Assembly: GCA_963747775.1 (NCBI GenBank)
Contig: CAVVGT010000014.1
Coordinates: 182,684 to 246,683 of the forward strand
DNA length: 64,000 nucleotides
Direction of reading: 5' to 3'
Source of the DNA: an uncultured beta proteobacterium
GTDB lineage: Bacteria; Pseudomonadota; Gammaproteobacteria; Burkholderiales; SG8-39
The notes beneath the pieces are model-generated. The model worked only from the letters and a program-made list of their open reading frames with translations, did no database searches and was not told the DNA's origin. How positions within the stretch are numbered: the stretch's first letter is position 1; the number at the start of each line of letters is the position of its first letter. Shown in pieces: positions 48,188 through 59,022 of the stretch. The translations under genes and the position numbers were made by a program.

Positions 48188-51100
48188 TCAGTCGGCCTGC
48201 GCGAGCAGCGCCGCGTTCCCGCCCGCGGCAGCGGTGTTCACCGTGACCGTCCGCTCGATCGCAAACCGCGGCAGGTAGTGCGGCCCCCCGGCCTTCGGTC
48301 CGGTACCCGAGAGCCCCTCACCGCCGAACGGCTGCACGCCGACGACCGCACCGATCATGTTGCGGTTCACGTACGTGTTGCCGACGCGCAATCGCATGCG
48401 GACACGCTCGACGAAGCGCTCGATGCGGCTGTGGATCCCCAGAGTGAGGCCGTAGCCGGTCGCGGCGACCGCGTCGAGCGCTCGGTCCAGATCTGTCGCA
48501 CGCCAGCGCACGACGTGCAGCACCGGCCCGAACACCTCTCGCTCCGGCAGGTCCTCCAGCGGGATCTCGAACGCGATCGGTGCGACGAAGCTTCCCTGCC
48601 TCATCGCGGGAAGCGGCGCTTCCGCGATCAGCCGGGCGCGCGACCGCAGATGTGCGATGTGCGCATCCAGCGCGCGCCTAGCGTCCGCGTCGATGACCGG
48701 GCCGACGTCGGTCTCCGGCCGCGCGGGATCGCCGACGACGAGCTCGGCCATTGCGCCCGCGAGCATCTCGAGGATGCGCGGCGCGGCATCCTCCTGCACG
48801 AGCAGCAGGCGTGCCGCCGAGCAGCGTTGCCCGGCGCTCTGGAACGCGGAGGCGATGGTGTCGGCGACCACCTGCTCCGGCAGCGCCGAGGAATCGACGA
48901 TCATCGCGTTGATGCCGCCGGTCTCGGCGATGAGCGGAACGATCGGCCCGTCGCGCGCGGCCAGTGCGCGGTTGATCGCGCAAGCCGTCTCGTACGAGCC
49001 GGTGAACACCACGCCGTCGATCGACGGATGCCGCACGAGCGGTGCGCCGACCGCCTCGCCGGTGCCGACCACGAGGCGGAGGACCGCGCGCGGTACGCCG
49101 GCCTCGTGCAGGATCGCGATCGCGCGCGCGCCGATGAGCGGCGTCTGTTCGGCGGGTTTCGCGACCACCGCGTTGCCCGCCATCAGTGCCGCCGAGACCT
49201 GGCCGGTGAAGATCGCGAGCGGGAAGTTCCACGGGCTGATGCACGCGAACACGCCGCGCCCCGCGAGCTCGAGCCGGTTCGACTCCCCGGTCGGCCCCGG
49301 CAGGTCGACCGGCGCCGCGAACTCGATGCGTCCCCGCGCGGCGTAGTAGCGGCAGAAATCCACCGCCTCGCGCACTTCCGCGACCGCGTCGGCGAGCGTC
49401 TTGCCCGCTTCGCGAACGCACAGCGAGACGAGCTCGTCCATCCGGGCCTCGAGCGCGTCGGCGGCGCGCTCGAGGCAGCGCGCGCGTGCCTCCGCCGGCG
49501 TCGCATCCCAATCGCGCCAGGCCGCCGCGGCACCTCGAACCGTCGCGTCGAGGTCGGCGGTGCTCGCCTCGGCGATCGCGCCGGTTTCATGGCCCGGTCG
49601 GCAGCGGTGCGCGCCATGAGCGGGTCGAGCACGGCGCGGTCCGACAGATCGACGCCGCGCGAATTGCGCCGGTCCGGATAGAGATCGCGCGGCTTCGGAA
49701 CGCGCGGGTGCGGAGCATAGGGCCGGGGCAGCGCGTCAAGCGGGTCGGCGACGAGCCGCTCGAGCGGCACATCGGGGTCGCCCACCTGGTGGACGAACGA
49801 GCTGTTCGCGCCGTTCTCGAGCAACCGGCGGACGAGATAGGCGAGGAGATCGCGGTGGCCGCCGACCGGTGCGTATACGCGGCACGGCAGCCCGTACTCG
49901 GGGACCAGCGCGTTGTAGAGGGCGTCGCCCATCCCCTGTAGCTTCTGGAACTCGATATCGCGCCGTCCGGCTGCGCACTCGAGCACCGTGGCGACGGTGT
50001 GGCAGTTGTGCGTCGCGAACTGCGGGAACAGTCGCGGCCCGGCCGCCAGCAGGGCCTGCGCGCACGCAATGTACGACACGTCGGTGGCGCTCTTGCGCGT
50101 GAACACCGGATAGTCGTCGAGGCCGAGCATCTGCGCGGCCTTGATCTCGGTGTCCCAGTACGCGCCCTTGACGAGACGCACCATCAGTCGCCGGCCGGTC
50201 GCCCCCGCGAGCGCGACCAGCCAGTCGCAGACGTGGATCGCGCGCCGCTGGTACGCCTGCACCGCGAGCCCGAGCCCGCTCCAGTCCGCGAGCCGCGGGT
50301 CGCGCGCGAGACCCGCGAACAGCTCGAGTGTCAGCTCCAGCCGCTCGCTTTCCTCCGCGTCGATCGTGATCGGGATGCCGGCCACAGCGGCGCGCTGCGC
50401 GAGCATGGCGAGGCGTGGCGCGAGCTCGGTGGCGACGCGCGCGTGCTGCGCGACCTCGAATCGGGGATGCAGCGCGGAGAGCTTGATCGAGACTCCGGGC
50501 CGCGCCTCGACCGGAAGGTGCCGCAGCGCGGCCCGCGCCACCGCCTCAATCGCCGCCTCGTACGCGGCAAAGTAGCGCTCCGCGTCGCGCGCGGTCCGTG
50601 CGGCCTCGCCGAGCATGTCGTAGGAAAAACGATAGCCGAGCGCCTCGCGCTCGGCCGCGCGTTCGATGGCGTCGTCGATCGTCTCGCCGACGATGAACTG
50701 CTCCGCCATGATCTTCATGGCCTGTCGGATCGCGGTGCGCACCACCGGCTCGCCGGCGCGGGCGACGAGCCGCCGCAGGAGCCTGGCCGGTTCGTCGCCC
50801 GGCGCGTCGCGCCAGGCCGCGAGCCTGCCGGTGAGCATCAGGCCCCAGGTGGCGGCGTTGACGAGCAGCCCGCCCTCGGCTTCGTCCGCCGAGTCCCATT
50901 GCGTCCCGGCGAGCTTGTCCCGGATCAGGGCGTCGGCGGTCTCGGCGTCGGGGATGCGCAGGAGCGCCTCCGCGAGGCACATGACGACGATCCCTTCGCG
51001 CGTGGCGAGCGCAAAGCGGCGCAGGAACGCCTCGGCGCCGGCGGACTCCTGCGTCCTCGTGCGGATGCGGCGCGCCAGGTCGAGCGCGCGCTCGGCGATT

Positions 51101-51234
51101 CGCCGGCGTTGCGCGGGCGGGAGCCGTACGCGCGACCGGAGCGCGGCGACGGTCTCCGCCTCGTCCGCGCGATACGCGCGCCCGATCGCCTGCCATAGCG
51201 GGGCGAGATCGGCAGTTGCGTCGGGAACGGCCAT
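48188..51234 (-). pseudogene. putA: Bifunctional proline dehydrogenase / P5C dehydrogenase (short PutA), 1 frame change
   Basis: The N-terminal ~545 aa (PRODH part, e.g. VRLVKGAYWDTEIK, FATHNCHTVATV) are in ORF 49183..51432. The ALDH part (ISPWNFPLAIFTGQVSAAL, ETGGINAMIVDSSALPEQ) is in the frame of ORF 48188..49441, which reads open back to about 49600. There is a single shift near 49600. Confidence 0.8.
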
Positions 51235-51289
51235 AACGTTCGCCCCGAACCGCCGACGGGCAGTCCGGGTGGCCGAGATCTTAGACCCA

Positions 51290-52177
51290 CTACGGGGCGG
51301 TCGGCCGCACTGCCGCCGCGGGCAGGAGGACGTCGCCCGGCGCCGCTTGGTCGGTCGCGAACGACGGCAGCGTACGGACCCGTTCGTACACCGGCGTGAA
51401 GTCCGGCGCGGTGTCGGCGATGAGCTGCGCAAAGCTCCCGATTGCGAAGTAGGTGTCCTGGTAGCGGTCGATGTTGTACTCGGTGCGCAGCAGCCGCTCC
51501 AGGTCGAACGTCACTCTCCGCGGCCGCGGACTCTCGATCGAGTGCACCACTTCGCCGCCCGAGGACAGGATTCCCGCACCATAGATCCGCAGGCCCTGCG
51601 GCGTGGTCATCAAACCGAACTCCACGGTGTACCAGTAGAGCCGGGCCAGGTATTTCAGCGAGCCGAGTCGGCCCGCCTTCAGGCCGCCCTTGCCGTACGC
51701 CTCCATGTAATCGGCGTACAGCGGGTCGAGAAGCAGCGGCACGTGGCCGAAAAAATCGTGGAAGACGTCGGGCTCGACGATGTAGTCGAATTCCGTCGGA
51801 GAACGCAGCCAGCGCGTGACCGGGAAGCGGCGGTTGGCAAGATGCGCGAAGAAGGCAAGGTCCGGAATCAGTCCCGGCACCGCGACGAGCTCCCAGTTTG
51901 TCGCGCGCCGCAGCTTGGCGGACGCCGCATCGAAGCGCGGGATCCCGTCGCCGGCGTCCAGTCGCGCGAGTCCGGCGAGATACTCGTCGCAGGCGTAGCC
52001 GGGAACGAGCCGCATCTGGCGTTCGTAGAGCCGGCGCCACAGCGCGTGCTCGTCCGCCGTGTACTCGTTCCAGCGTTGTGCGACGACGCAGTCGGCGCCC
52101 GCGCGCGAGTAATCGCCGCGGAGGGTCGGCTTCGGCGCGTTGCTGACGATCGTGTCGAGCACTCGGGTCTCCGTCAT
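51290..52177 (-). CDS. phhA: Phenylalanine 4-monooxygenase
   Basis: 295-aa intact ORF with PDVFHDFFGHVPLL (the iron-binding His pair) and LYWYTVEFGL. Confidence 0.9.
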   Translation of the reverse strand: MTETRVLDTIVSNAPKPTLRGDYSRAGADCVVAQRWNEYTADEHALWRRLYERQMRLVPGYACDEYLAGLARLDAGDGIPRFDAASAKLRRATNWELVAVPGLIPDLAFFAHLANRRFPVTRWLRSPTEFDYIVEPDVFHDFFGHVPLLLDPLYADYMEAYGKGGLKAGRLGSLKYLARLYWYTVEFGLMTTPQGLRIYGAGILSSGGEVVHSIESPRPRRVTFDLERLLRTEYNIDRYQDTYFAIGSFAQLIADTAPDFTPVYERVRTLPSFATDQAAPGDVLLPAAAVRPTAP

Positions 52178-52200
52178 TCCATTCGGCGCCGGAATGACGA

Positions 52201-53328
52201 CTAGGCGGCCGGCTTCAGCACGCCCCGCCGGATCTGGTCGAGCTCGATCGACTCGAACAGTGCGCGGAAGTTGCCCTCGCCGAAGCCCTCGTCACCCTTT
52301 CTCTGGATGATCTCGAAGAAGATCGGTCCGATCAGCGTCTTCGTGAAGATCTGCAGGAGGAGCCCTCGCCCGCCCGGGGACGTCGCGGCCCCGTCCCCGA
52401 CATCGGGTCCGCCGTCGAGCAGAATGCGGCGCTTGCGCAGCTCGCCGATCGGCTCGCCGTGGCCCGGCAGGCGCTGATCGAGCATCTCGTAATAGGTGTC
52501 GGGCGTGTCGAGCAGCTCCACGCCACTTGCCGTCAATCGATCGACCGTGGCGTAGATGTCCGTCGTGCCGAGCGCGATGTGCTGGATGCCTTCGCCTTGG
52601 TAGGCCTCGAGGTACTCCTGGATCTGCGATCGGTCGTCGGAGCTCTCGTTGACCGGGATGCGGATCTTGCCGCACGGGCTGGTCATCGCTTTCGATTTCA
52701 GGCCGGTGAGCTTGCCCTCGATGTCGAAGTAGCGCACTTCGCGAAAGTTGAACAGGCGCTCGTAGAACTCGGCCCACTCCTTCATGCGGCCGCGGTGAAC
52801 GTTGTGCGTGAGATGGTCGATGTAACCGAGCCCGGCGCCCTGCGGCGCGGGCGCCTTGCCGGCCCAGAAGGCCTCGAACCCGGGCAGCGGTTTGAAGTCG
52901 ACGTCGTAGATCGTGTGGCCGTAGTCGTTATCCGGGTAGCGGTCGACCAGGTAGATGAGCGAGTCGCCGATGCCCTTGATGGCCGGGATGTTCAGCTCCA
53001 TCGGTCCGGCGTGGCCTTCGACGCCCCATGCGCCGTTATCGAGCGCGCGCGCGTAAGCGGCCCGCGCATCCTTCACGCGGAAGGCGATTGCGCAAACGCT
53101 CGGGCCGTGGCGGCGCGCGAAGTTCTGCGCGAACGAGCGCGGCTCGGCGTTGATGATGAAATTGACGTCGCCCTGCTTGTAGAGCGTGACGTCCTTCTGG
53201 CGGTGCCTGGCCACCGCCTTGAAGCCCATCGCCTCGAACAGCCTTCCGAGGGCTTTAGGGTCGGGCGCAGCGTATTCGACGAACTCGAACCCGTCCGTGC
53301 CCATGGGGTTCGCCCATAGATCGGTCAT
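52201..53328 (-). CDS. hppD: 4-hydroxyphenylpyruvate dioxygenase
   Basis: 375-aa intact ORF from ATG 53328, with AGGAG 6 nt upstream. Blocks: [60 protein letters not shown]. Confidence 0.9.
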   Translation of the reverse strand: MTDLWANPMGTDGFEFVEYAAPDPKALGRLFEAMGFKAVARHRQKDVTLYKQGDVNFIINAEPRSFAQNFARRHGPSVCAIAFRVKDARAAYARALDNGAWGVEGHAGPMELNIPAIKGIGDSLIYLVDRYPDNDYGHTIYDVDFKPLPGFEAFWAGKAPAPQGAGLGYIDHLTHNVHRGRMKEWAEFYERLFNFREVRYFDIEGKLTGLKSKAMTSPCGKIRIPVNESSDDRSQIQEYLEAYQGEGIQHIALGTTDIYATVDRLTASGVELLDTPDTYYEMLDQRLPGHGEPIGELRKRRILLDGGPDVGDGAATSPGGRGLLLQIFTKTLIGPIFFEIIQRKGDEGFGEGNFRALFESIELDQIRRGVLKPAA

Positions 53329-53461
53329 GACACGCTCCTGGTGGCCGGTTCTAATGCGTGGGCATTGTAGGGACGCGGCCGCGCCATTTGGTTGCGAAGA
53401 TGGCCCAATCCAGCTCGAGTCGAGCAATAATATGCCGAGAACAACTCGGATGGGGGTGGAA

Positions 53462-53941
53462 ATGCTAGCCACGACGCTCGATCGCACCGACCGCAAGATC
53501 CTCGACCTGCTGCAGCGCGATGGGCGGCTCTCGAACGTCGAGCTGGCCGAAAAGGTCGCGCTGAGTCCCAGCCCCTGTTTGCGACGGGTACGGGCGCTCG
53601 AAGTGGCGGGCGTCGTCAGGCAGTACGTCGCGCTGCTCGACCCGGCGAAAGTCGGGCTCGCGCTGCTCGCCTACGTGAACGTGAAGCTCGAGAAGCGCGG
53701 CAAGATGCCGATCGACGACTTCAGCAAGGTCGTGCAGGCCTGGCCGGAAGTCGTGGCGTGCTACTCGATGACCGGCGACATGGACTATCTTCTGCGCGTG
53801 CAGGTCGAGGACCTCGACCACTACACCCGCTTCATGATGGAGCGGCTGCTCAAGCAGGCCGGCGTGATCGACGTGAAATCCAACTTCGTTCTCGAACGCA
53901 TCAAGGACACCACCGCGCTTCCCCTCACGCACCTCGGCTGA
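53462..53941 (+). CDS. Lrp/AsnC family transcriptional regulator
   Basis: 159-aa ORF with [42 protein letters not shown]. Divergent from hppD-phhA. An alternative start lies at 53450. Confidence 0.85.
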   Translation: MLATTLDRTDRKILDLLQRDGRLSNVELAEKVALSPSPCLRRVRALEVAGVVRQYVALLDPAKVGLALLAYVNVKLEKRGKMPIDDFSKVVQAWPEVVACYSMTGDMDYLLRVQVEDLDHYTRFMMERLLKQAGVIDVKSNFVLERIKDTTALPLTHLG

Positions 53942-53943
53942 CC

Positions 53944-54495
53944 ATGCAGCGCTCCCGCCCCGCCGCGAAGCCGCGGCAGCACGCGCGGCGCCGGGCGGAG
54001 ACGGCCGGCCGCAACGCGCCGCTGGCGCTCGAGCGCTTCGTCCCGTTCCGCATCGCGACGCTCGCCAACCTGCTCGCGCTCGGCGCCTCGAGACTCTATG
54101 CGCGGCGCTTCGGCCTCGCGATCCGCGAATGGCGGATTCTCGCGGTGCTCGGCGAGGGCCGGCCGCTCTCGGCGGTCGAAGTCGTGCGGCGCACCGCGAT
54201 CGACAAGGGGCGGGTGAGCCGTGCGGTCGCGAGCCTGATGCGGCGCGGTCTCGTCACGCGCGAGGCGGACGCGTTCGACGCACGCCGCACGATGCTGCGC
54301 CTGAGCCGCAAGGGGCGGGCAACGTACCGCCGCATTGTCCCGCTCGCGGCGGCGCGCGAGCGCGCGCTGCTCGCGGCGCTCACCGCCCCGGAGCGCCGGC
54401 AGCTGGAGCGGCTCCTCGCGAAGCTGCACGAGCGCGCCGAGGCGCTGCTCGCGCAGCTCGGCGGCGCATCGGCCGGGGATGAGACGGACGAGTAG
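53944..54495 (+). CDS. MarR family transcriptional regulator
   Basis: 183-aa ORF with a winged-helix core REWRILAVLGEGRPLSAVEVVRRTAIDKGRVSRAVASLMRRGLVTRE. Confidence 0.8.
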   Translation: MQRSRPAAKPRQHARRRAETAGRNAPLALERFVPFRIATLANLLALGASRLYARRFGLAIREWRILAVLGEGRPLSAVEVVRRTAIDKGRVSRAVASLMRRGLVTREADAFDARRTMLRLSRKGRATYRRIVPLAAARERALLAALTAPERRQLERLLAKLHERAEALLAQLGGASAGDETDE

Positions 54496-54506
54496 GACCG
54501 GTCTCG

Positions 54507-55228
54507 CTACGAAATTTCAGTTGCCAGCCCGCCGCCGAGGAAGAGCTGCCCGATGCGGCGGTCGGCGAGGATCGCGCGCGCCTCGCCCGCCATGCGCGTG
54601 CGCCCGAGCTCGAGCACGATGCCGAAATCGGAGATCTCGAGCGCGCGCTTGGCGTTCTGCTCGACCATCAGGATCGACATGCCCTTCGCGCGCAGGTCCT
54701 GCAGGATGGCGAAGGTCTCCTGCACCAGGCGCGGCGAGAGCCCGATCGAGGGCTCGTCGATCAGCATCAGCTTCGGATCGAGCAGCAGGCTGCGCGCGAT
54801 CTCGAGCAGCTTCTGCTGGCCGCCGGAGAGCGTCGAGGCCTGCGCGGCGGCGCGCTCGCGCAGCATCGGGAAGCGGTCCATCACCGACTCGATGCGCGCC
54901 GCGACGTCGACGCCGGCCGCGCGCCGCCGTCGCGCCGAGCTCGAGGTTGTGGCGCACGCTCAGCTCGGGGAAGATGTTGCGCCCCTGCGGCACGTAGGAG
55001 ATGCCGAGCTCGAGCAGCTTGCGCGGGCGTGAAGTTGGTCATCTCGCGCCCGTCGAACACGACGCGCCCGGCGCGCACCGGCAGCAGGCCGAACACGGTC
55101 TTGAACACGGTCGACTTGCCGGCGCCGTTCGGGCCGATGATGGTGGTGATCGCGCCGCGCGCGCGCCGCAGGCTGGTGCCGTTGAGGACGGTCAGCCCGC
55201 CGTAGCCGGCGACGACGTCCTCGAGCAC
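54507..55228 (-). pseudogene. livF: Branched-chain amino acid ABC transporter ATP-binding protein (LivF-like), at least 3 frame changes
   Basis: The Walker A piece GPNGAGKSTVFKTVFGLL (ORF 54881..55228), PQGRNIFPELSVRHNLELG (ORF 54517..54993) and LSGGQQKLLEIARSLLLDPKLMLIDEPSIGLSP (ORF 54507..54884) lie in different frames. Confidence 0.75.
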
Positions 55229-55240
55229 GAGAATCGCGGC

Positions 55241-56000
55241 TCAGTCGCGCCAAGGTAGGCCTCGATGACCGCGGGGTTGCGCGCGGATCTCTCCGGCGTG
55301 CCCTCGGCGATGATGCGGCCCTCGGCGAGCACCAGGATGCGCGTGCACAGCGACATGACGAACTCCATGTTGTGCTCGATGACGACGAAGGTGGCGCGCT
55401 GCGTCCGCGTTGATCTCGCGCAGGCGCTCGCGCAGCCCCGCCAGCATGGTCGGGTTGACGCCGCCGGCGGGCTCGTCGAGCAGCACCAGGCGCGGCCCGG
55501 CCATGAACGCCATCGCCGACGTCGAGCAGCTTCTGCTGGCCGTAGCTCAGGCTCGCCGGCCTTCTCGTCGGCGAGCGCCGCGAGCCGGAAGAACTCGATC
55601 ATCCGGTCGGCCGCGGCGCCGAGGCCCGGCGTCGCGCCGCCCGACCAGCCGCGACCACATCGAGCCCTGGTGCTCCTGCCCGGCGAGGATCAGGTTCTCG
55701 CGCACGGTGAGCTGCGGGAAGACCTGCAGCAGCTGGAAGGTGCGGCCGACGCCGAGCCGGTTGAGCTCGCAGGGCCGCATGCCGGTGATCGGCGCGCCCG
55801 TCGATGCGCACTTCGCCGGCCGAGGGCGGCAGCTGGCCGAGGATGCAGTTGAACAGCGTCGACTTGCCCGAGCCGTTCGGCCCGATCAGGCCGAGGATCT
55901 CGCCTTCGCGCACGTCGAAGGAGACGCCGTCGACGGCGCGGATGCCGCCGAAGGTCTTCGCCAGGTCGCGCACCTCGAGGACCGCGCTCACGGGATTCAT
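55241..56000 (-). pseudogene. livG: Branched-chain amino acid ABC transporter ATP-binding protein (LivG-like), at least 4 frame changes
   Basis: MNPVSAVLEVRDLAKTFGG...GPNGSGKSTLFN, LGVGRTFQLLQVFPQLTVRENL, MAGPRLVLLDEPAGGVNP and FVVIEHNMEFVMSLCTRILVLAEGRIIAEGTPE are in alternating frames. ATGA overlap with the livM stop at 55997-56000. Confidence 0.75.
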
Positions 56001-56927
56001 CGCTTCCTGCAAACCGCTCGGCGAGCCCGAGCAGCCCCGACGGGCAGAACGCCATCAGCACCATCACCGCGATCGCGTAGAAGATCAGGTAGAGCCCCTC
56101 GCTGCCGAAGCGCATCCACTCGGGCAGCAGCACCGAGACCGCCGCGCCGAGGAACGGGCCGAGGAAGTAGCCCGAGCCGCCGACCATCACCATCAGCAGC
56201 AGGTTCAGCGACAGGTTGAGGTTGAACGCGGTCGGCTCGATGAACTGGACCAGCGGCGCGTACAGCACGCCCGGCGATGCCGCCGAGCGCCGAGCCGATG
56301 GCGAACGCCATCAGCGTGTAGCGCCGCGTGTCGACGCCGAGCGAGTCGGCGCGGATCGCGTTCTCGCGCAGCGCGGTGAAGGCGCGGCCCCACGGCGAGC
56401 GCACCAGCCACCAGGTCGCCGCGCGAGACCAGCGCGAGGATGCCGAGGCAGAAGAAGTAGAAGTCGACCGGCCCCTTGGTCGACCAGCCGAGCAGCGTCG
56501 GCCGCGGGATGCCGGAGATGCCGTAGACGCCCTTGGTCAGCCATTCCTCGTTGCGCAGCACGAGGAACACGAGCGTCGCGAACGAAAGCGTGACGAAGGC
56601 GAGGTAGTGGTGCTGCACGCGCAGCGCCGGGTAGCCGAGCAGCCAGCCGATCGCGAGGCATGAGCGCGATCGCCAGCAGGAACGCGGACCACAGCGGCCA
56701 GCCCTGCGTGGTGAGCAGCGCCGCGGCGTAGGCGCCGATGCCGACGAACGAGCCCTGCGCGAGCGAGATCTGCCCGGCGTAGCCGAGCGTGAGGTTGAGG
56801 CCGATCGCGGCGATCGTCATCACCGACCCACAGGCTGAGCAGGTAGATGCCGTAGGGCTTCAGGCCGAAGGGCGCGGCGACACAGCACGATCGAGCAGCA
56901 GCGGCGAGAGCAGCGAGCCTTCTTCAT
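55997..56927 (-). pseudogene. livM: Branched-chain amino acid ABC transporter permease (LivM-like), at least 4 frame changes
   Basis: Fragments lie in different frames: MMTIAAIGLNLTLGYAGQISLAQGSFVGIGAYAAALL, HHYLAFVTLSFATLVFLVLRNEEWLTKGVYGISGIP, SPWGRAFTALRENAIRADSLGVDTRRYTLMAFAIGSALGGIAG, LYAPLVQFIEPTAFNLNLSLNLLLMVMVGGSG. ATGA overlap with the livH stop. Confidence 0.75.
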
Positions 56928-57812
56928 ACCGTGCGCTCCTCGGCGCGGCCGAGCAGCCCCTGCGGCCGCCAGAGGATCACCGCGATCAGCAGGAACAGCG
57001 GGATCGCGGCGCGGTACTGCGCCGACCAGTACGCGGCGACGAAGTTGTCGATCACGCCGAGCAGCACGCCGCCGACGATCGCGCCGCGCACCTGGTTGAA
57101 GCCGCCGACGATGGCGGCGACGAACGCGGCGAGCCCGAGCAGTCTCGCCATTGGTGAACTTGGCGAGGTAGATCGGGCTGACCAGGAACGAAGCGAGCGC
57201 CACCAGCGCGGCGTTGATGAGGAACGTGTAGAGGATCATGCGCTCGACCGGGATGCCGAGCACGCGCGCGAGCAGCGGGTTCTGCGCGGTGGCCTGCATC
57301 TGCCGGCCGGTGCGCGTGGCGCCGAGGAAGTACTGCAGCAGCGCGACCGCGACGACGCGCCACCGCGATGATCACCAGGCTCTGCGCCGAGATGACCGCG
57401 CCGCCGATCGAGAGGTTGGTCGTCGGCCAGACGCCGGGGAACGCCTGCGCCTCGGCGGCGTAGAACTCCTTGACGCCCTCCTTCATGAGGATGGCGAGGC
57501 CCGAGGGTCGAGATCACCAGCGGCAGCACGCCGTGGCGCAGGATCGGGTCGACCACCAGCCGCTTGAACAGCAGCCCGAGCACGAGCAGCGCCACGAGCG
57601 AAGCCGACCAGCAGCGCCAGCGGGAAGGACAGGCCGCCGAACTTCATCGCCGCCAGCACGAAGAACGCCGGCAGCATGACGAACTCGCCCTGCGCGAAGT
57701 TGATCGTCTGCGAGGTCTGCCACAGCAGCACGAAGCCGACCGCGACGAGCGCGTAGATGCCGCCGGTCGCGATCCCCGCGACCGCGAGCTGCAGGAAGTC
57801 GGCCAGGCTCTG
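56924..57812 (-). pseudogene. livH: Branched-chain amino acid ABC transporter permease (LivH-like), at least 5 frame changes, start codon not found
   Basis: Fragments alternate between frames: SLADFLQLAVAGIATGGIYALVAVGFVLLWQTSQTINFAQGEF, LLFKRLVVDPILRHGVLPLVISTLG, MKEGVKEFYAAEAQAFPGVWP, MQATAQNPLLARVLGIPVERMILYTFLINAALVALASF, LLGLAAFVAAIVGGFNQVRGAIVGG. The expected ATG position reads cAGAGC (57807-57812), which is consistent with a 1-nt deletion in ATGAGC. Confidence 0.7.
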
Positions 57813-57819
57813 CCGGAGG

Positions 57820-58976
57820 CTACTTGCCCAGCTTGGGCAGGATCTCGACGACCTTCTGCTTGCCGTCGACCACCTCGACCAGGAAGCTGATGCGGTCGAT
57901 GTCGCCCTTCGCGTCCCAGGTCGCCTCCATCAGGATGCCCGGCTCCTGCTCCGGCGTGATGGTCAGGCCGTGCATCGGTCTTCGCGAGCGCCTTGCTGTC
58001 GAACTTGCCCAGCTTCTCGGTGGCGTGCTTGACCGCGTAGACCGCGGTGTAGCCCTTGATGCCGTTGTGGTCGGGCAGGTACTTGAAGCGCTTCTGGAAC
58101 TTGTCGCGGAACTCCTGCACCGCCGGGATCGGCGCGTCGGCGGTGAGGCCGACGTGCCCCTTCACGCCGTTGGCCGTGTCGCCGGCGAGGTCGATCACCT
58201 TCTGGCTGATGCACGTTGGTCTCGCCGATGATCGGCGTCTTGACGCCCTGCTTGCGCGCCTCGCGCAGCACGCGCGCGCACTCCTCCTCGTTGGTGTAGA
58301 CGAAGATCGCGTCCGCGTTCGCCGACTTGAGCTTGACGATGTCGGCGGCGAAGTCCACCTGCCCCGACTCGGTCGAGACGTCGGCGACGATCTTGATGTT
58401 GCGCGCCGCCATCTCCTTGAAGAAGACGTCGCGCCCGCCCTTGCCGTAGTCGTTGTTCACCCACAGGAACGCCACCGTCTTCGCCTTGATGCCGTCGGCC
58501 ACGAAGATCGCCATCTTCGGCATGCTCATCTGCTGGCCGAACGAGGTGCGGAAGATGTAGTCGTTGCCCATCTGCGTGATCTCGGCGGCCTCCGCGCCGG
58601 TGAACTGCGGGATCTCGGCCTGCTGGGCGAGCACCATGTTCACCTTCACCGAGCCGGAGAACACCGGGCCGAGGATCACGTAGGGATTGCCGTCGATCGC
58701 CTTCTGCACCTGGGCGCGCGAGACGCCCGGGTTGGTCTGCGTGTCGCTCACCGGCGCGTTGATCTTGCGCCCGAGGATGCCGCCCTTCGCGTTGATCTCG
58801 TCGATCGCCATCAGCGCGCCGTCGCGGAAGTTGGTGCCCGACACCGCGCCCGAGCCCGACACCTCGATCACGATCGGCATGAACACCGTCTGCTGCGCCT
58901 GCGCCGTGCCCGCGGTGACGGCGAGGCCGGCGCCGAGGGCTGCGGCAAGGGCTGCGACACGAATTCTCTTGTTCAC
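57820..58976 (-). pseudogene. Branched-chain amino acid ABC transporter substrate-binding protein, 2 frame changes
   Basis: The N-terminal ~255 aa are in ORF 57963..58976 (the signal peptide ends in AQA). The middle part MIDLAGDTANGVKGHVGLTADAPIPAVQEFRDKFQKRFKYLPDHNGIKGYTAVYAV is in ORF 57644..58198. The C-terminal part ...FLVEVVDGKQKVVEILPKLGK is in the third frame. Confidence 0.75.
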
Positions 58977-59022
58977 CGGCTCCTCCTCCTGACTGTAGGT
59001 CTGAGGGACGAAAGCTTACCCG

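Noticed and set aside
53353-53366. The AATGC-N4-GCATT dyad between hppD and the Lrp-type regulator, considered as an operator.
   Set aside because: The 5-bp arms are too short to be meaningful without comparative or experimental data.
15275-58976. Programmed ribosomal frameshifting or other recoding as an explanation for the split genes.
   Set aside because: There are far too many shifts per gene (up to 6 or more), in both directions, in ordinary housekeeping families, and with no recurring slippery heptamer that I could see at the junctions.
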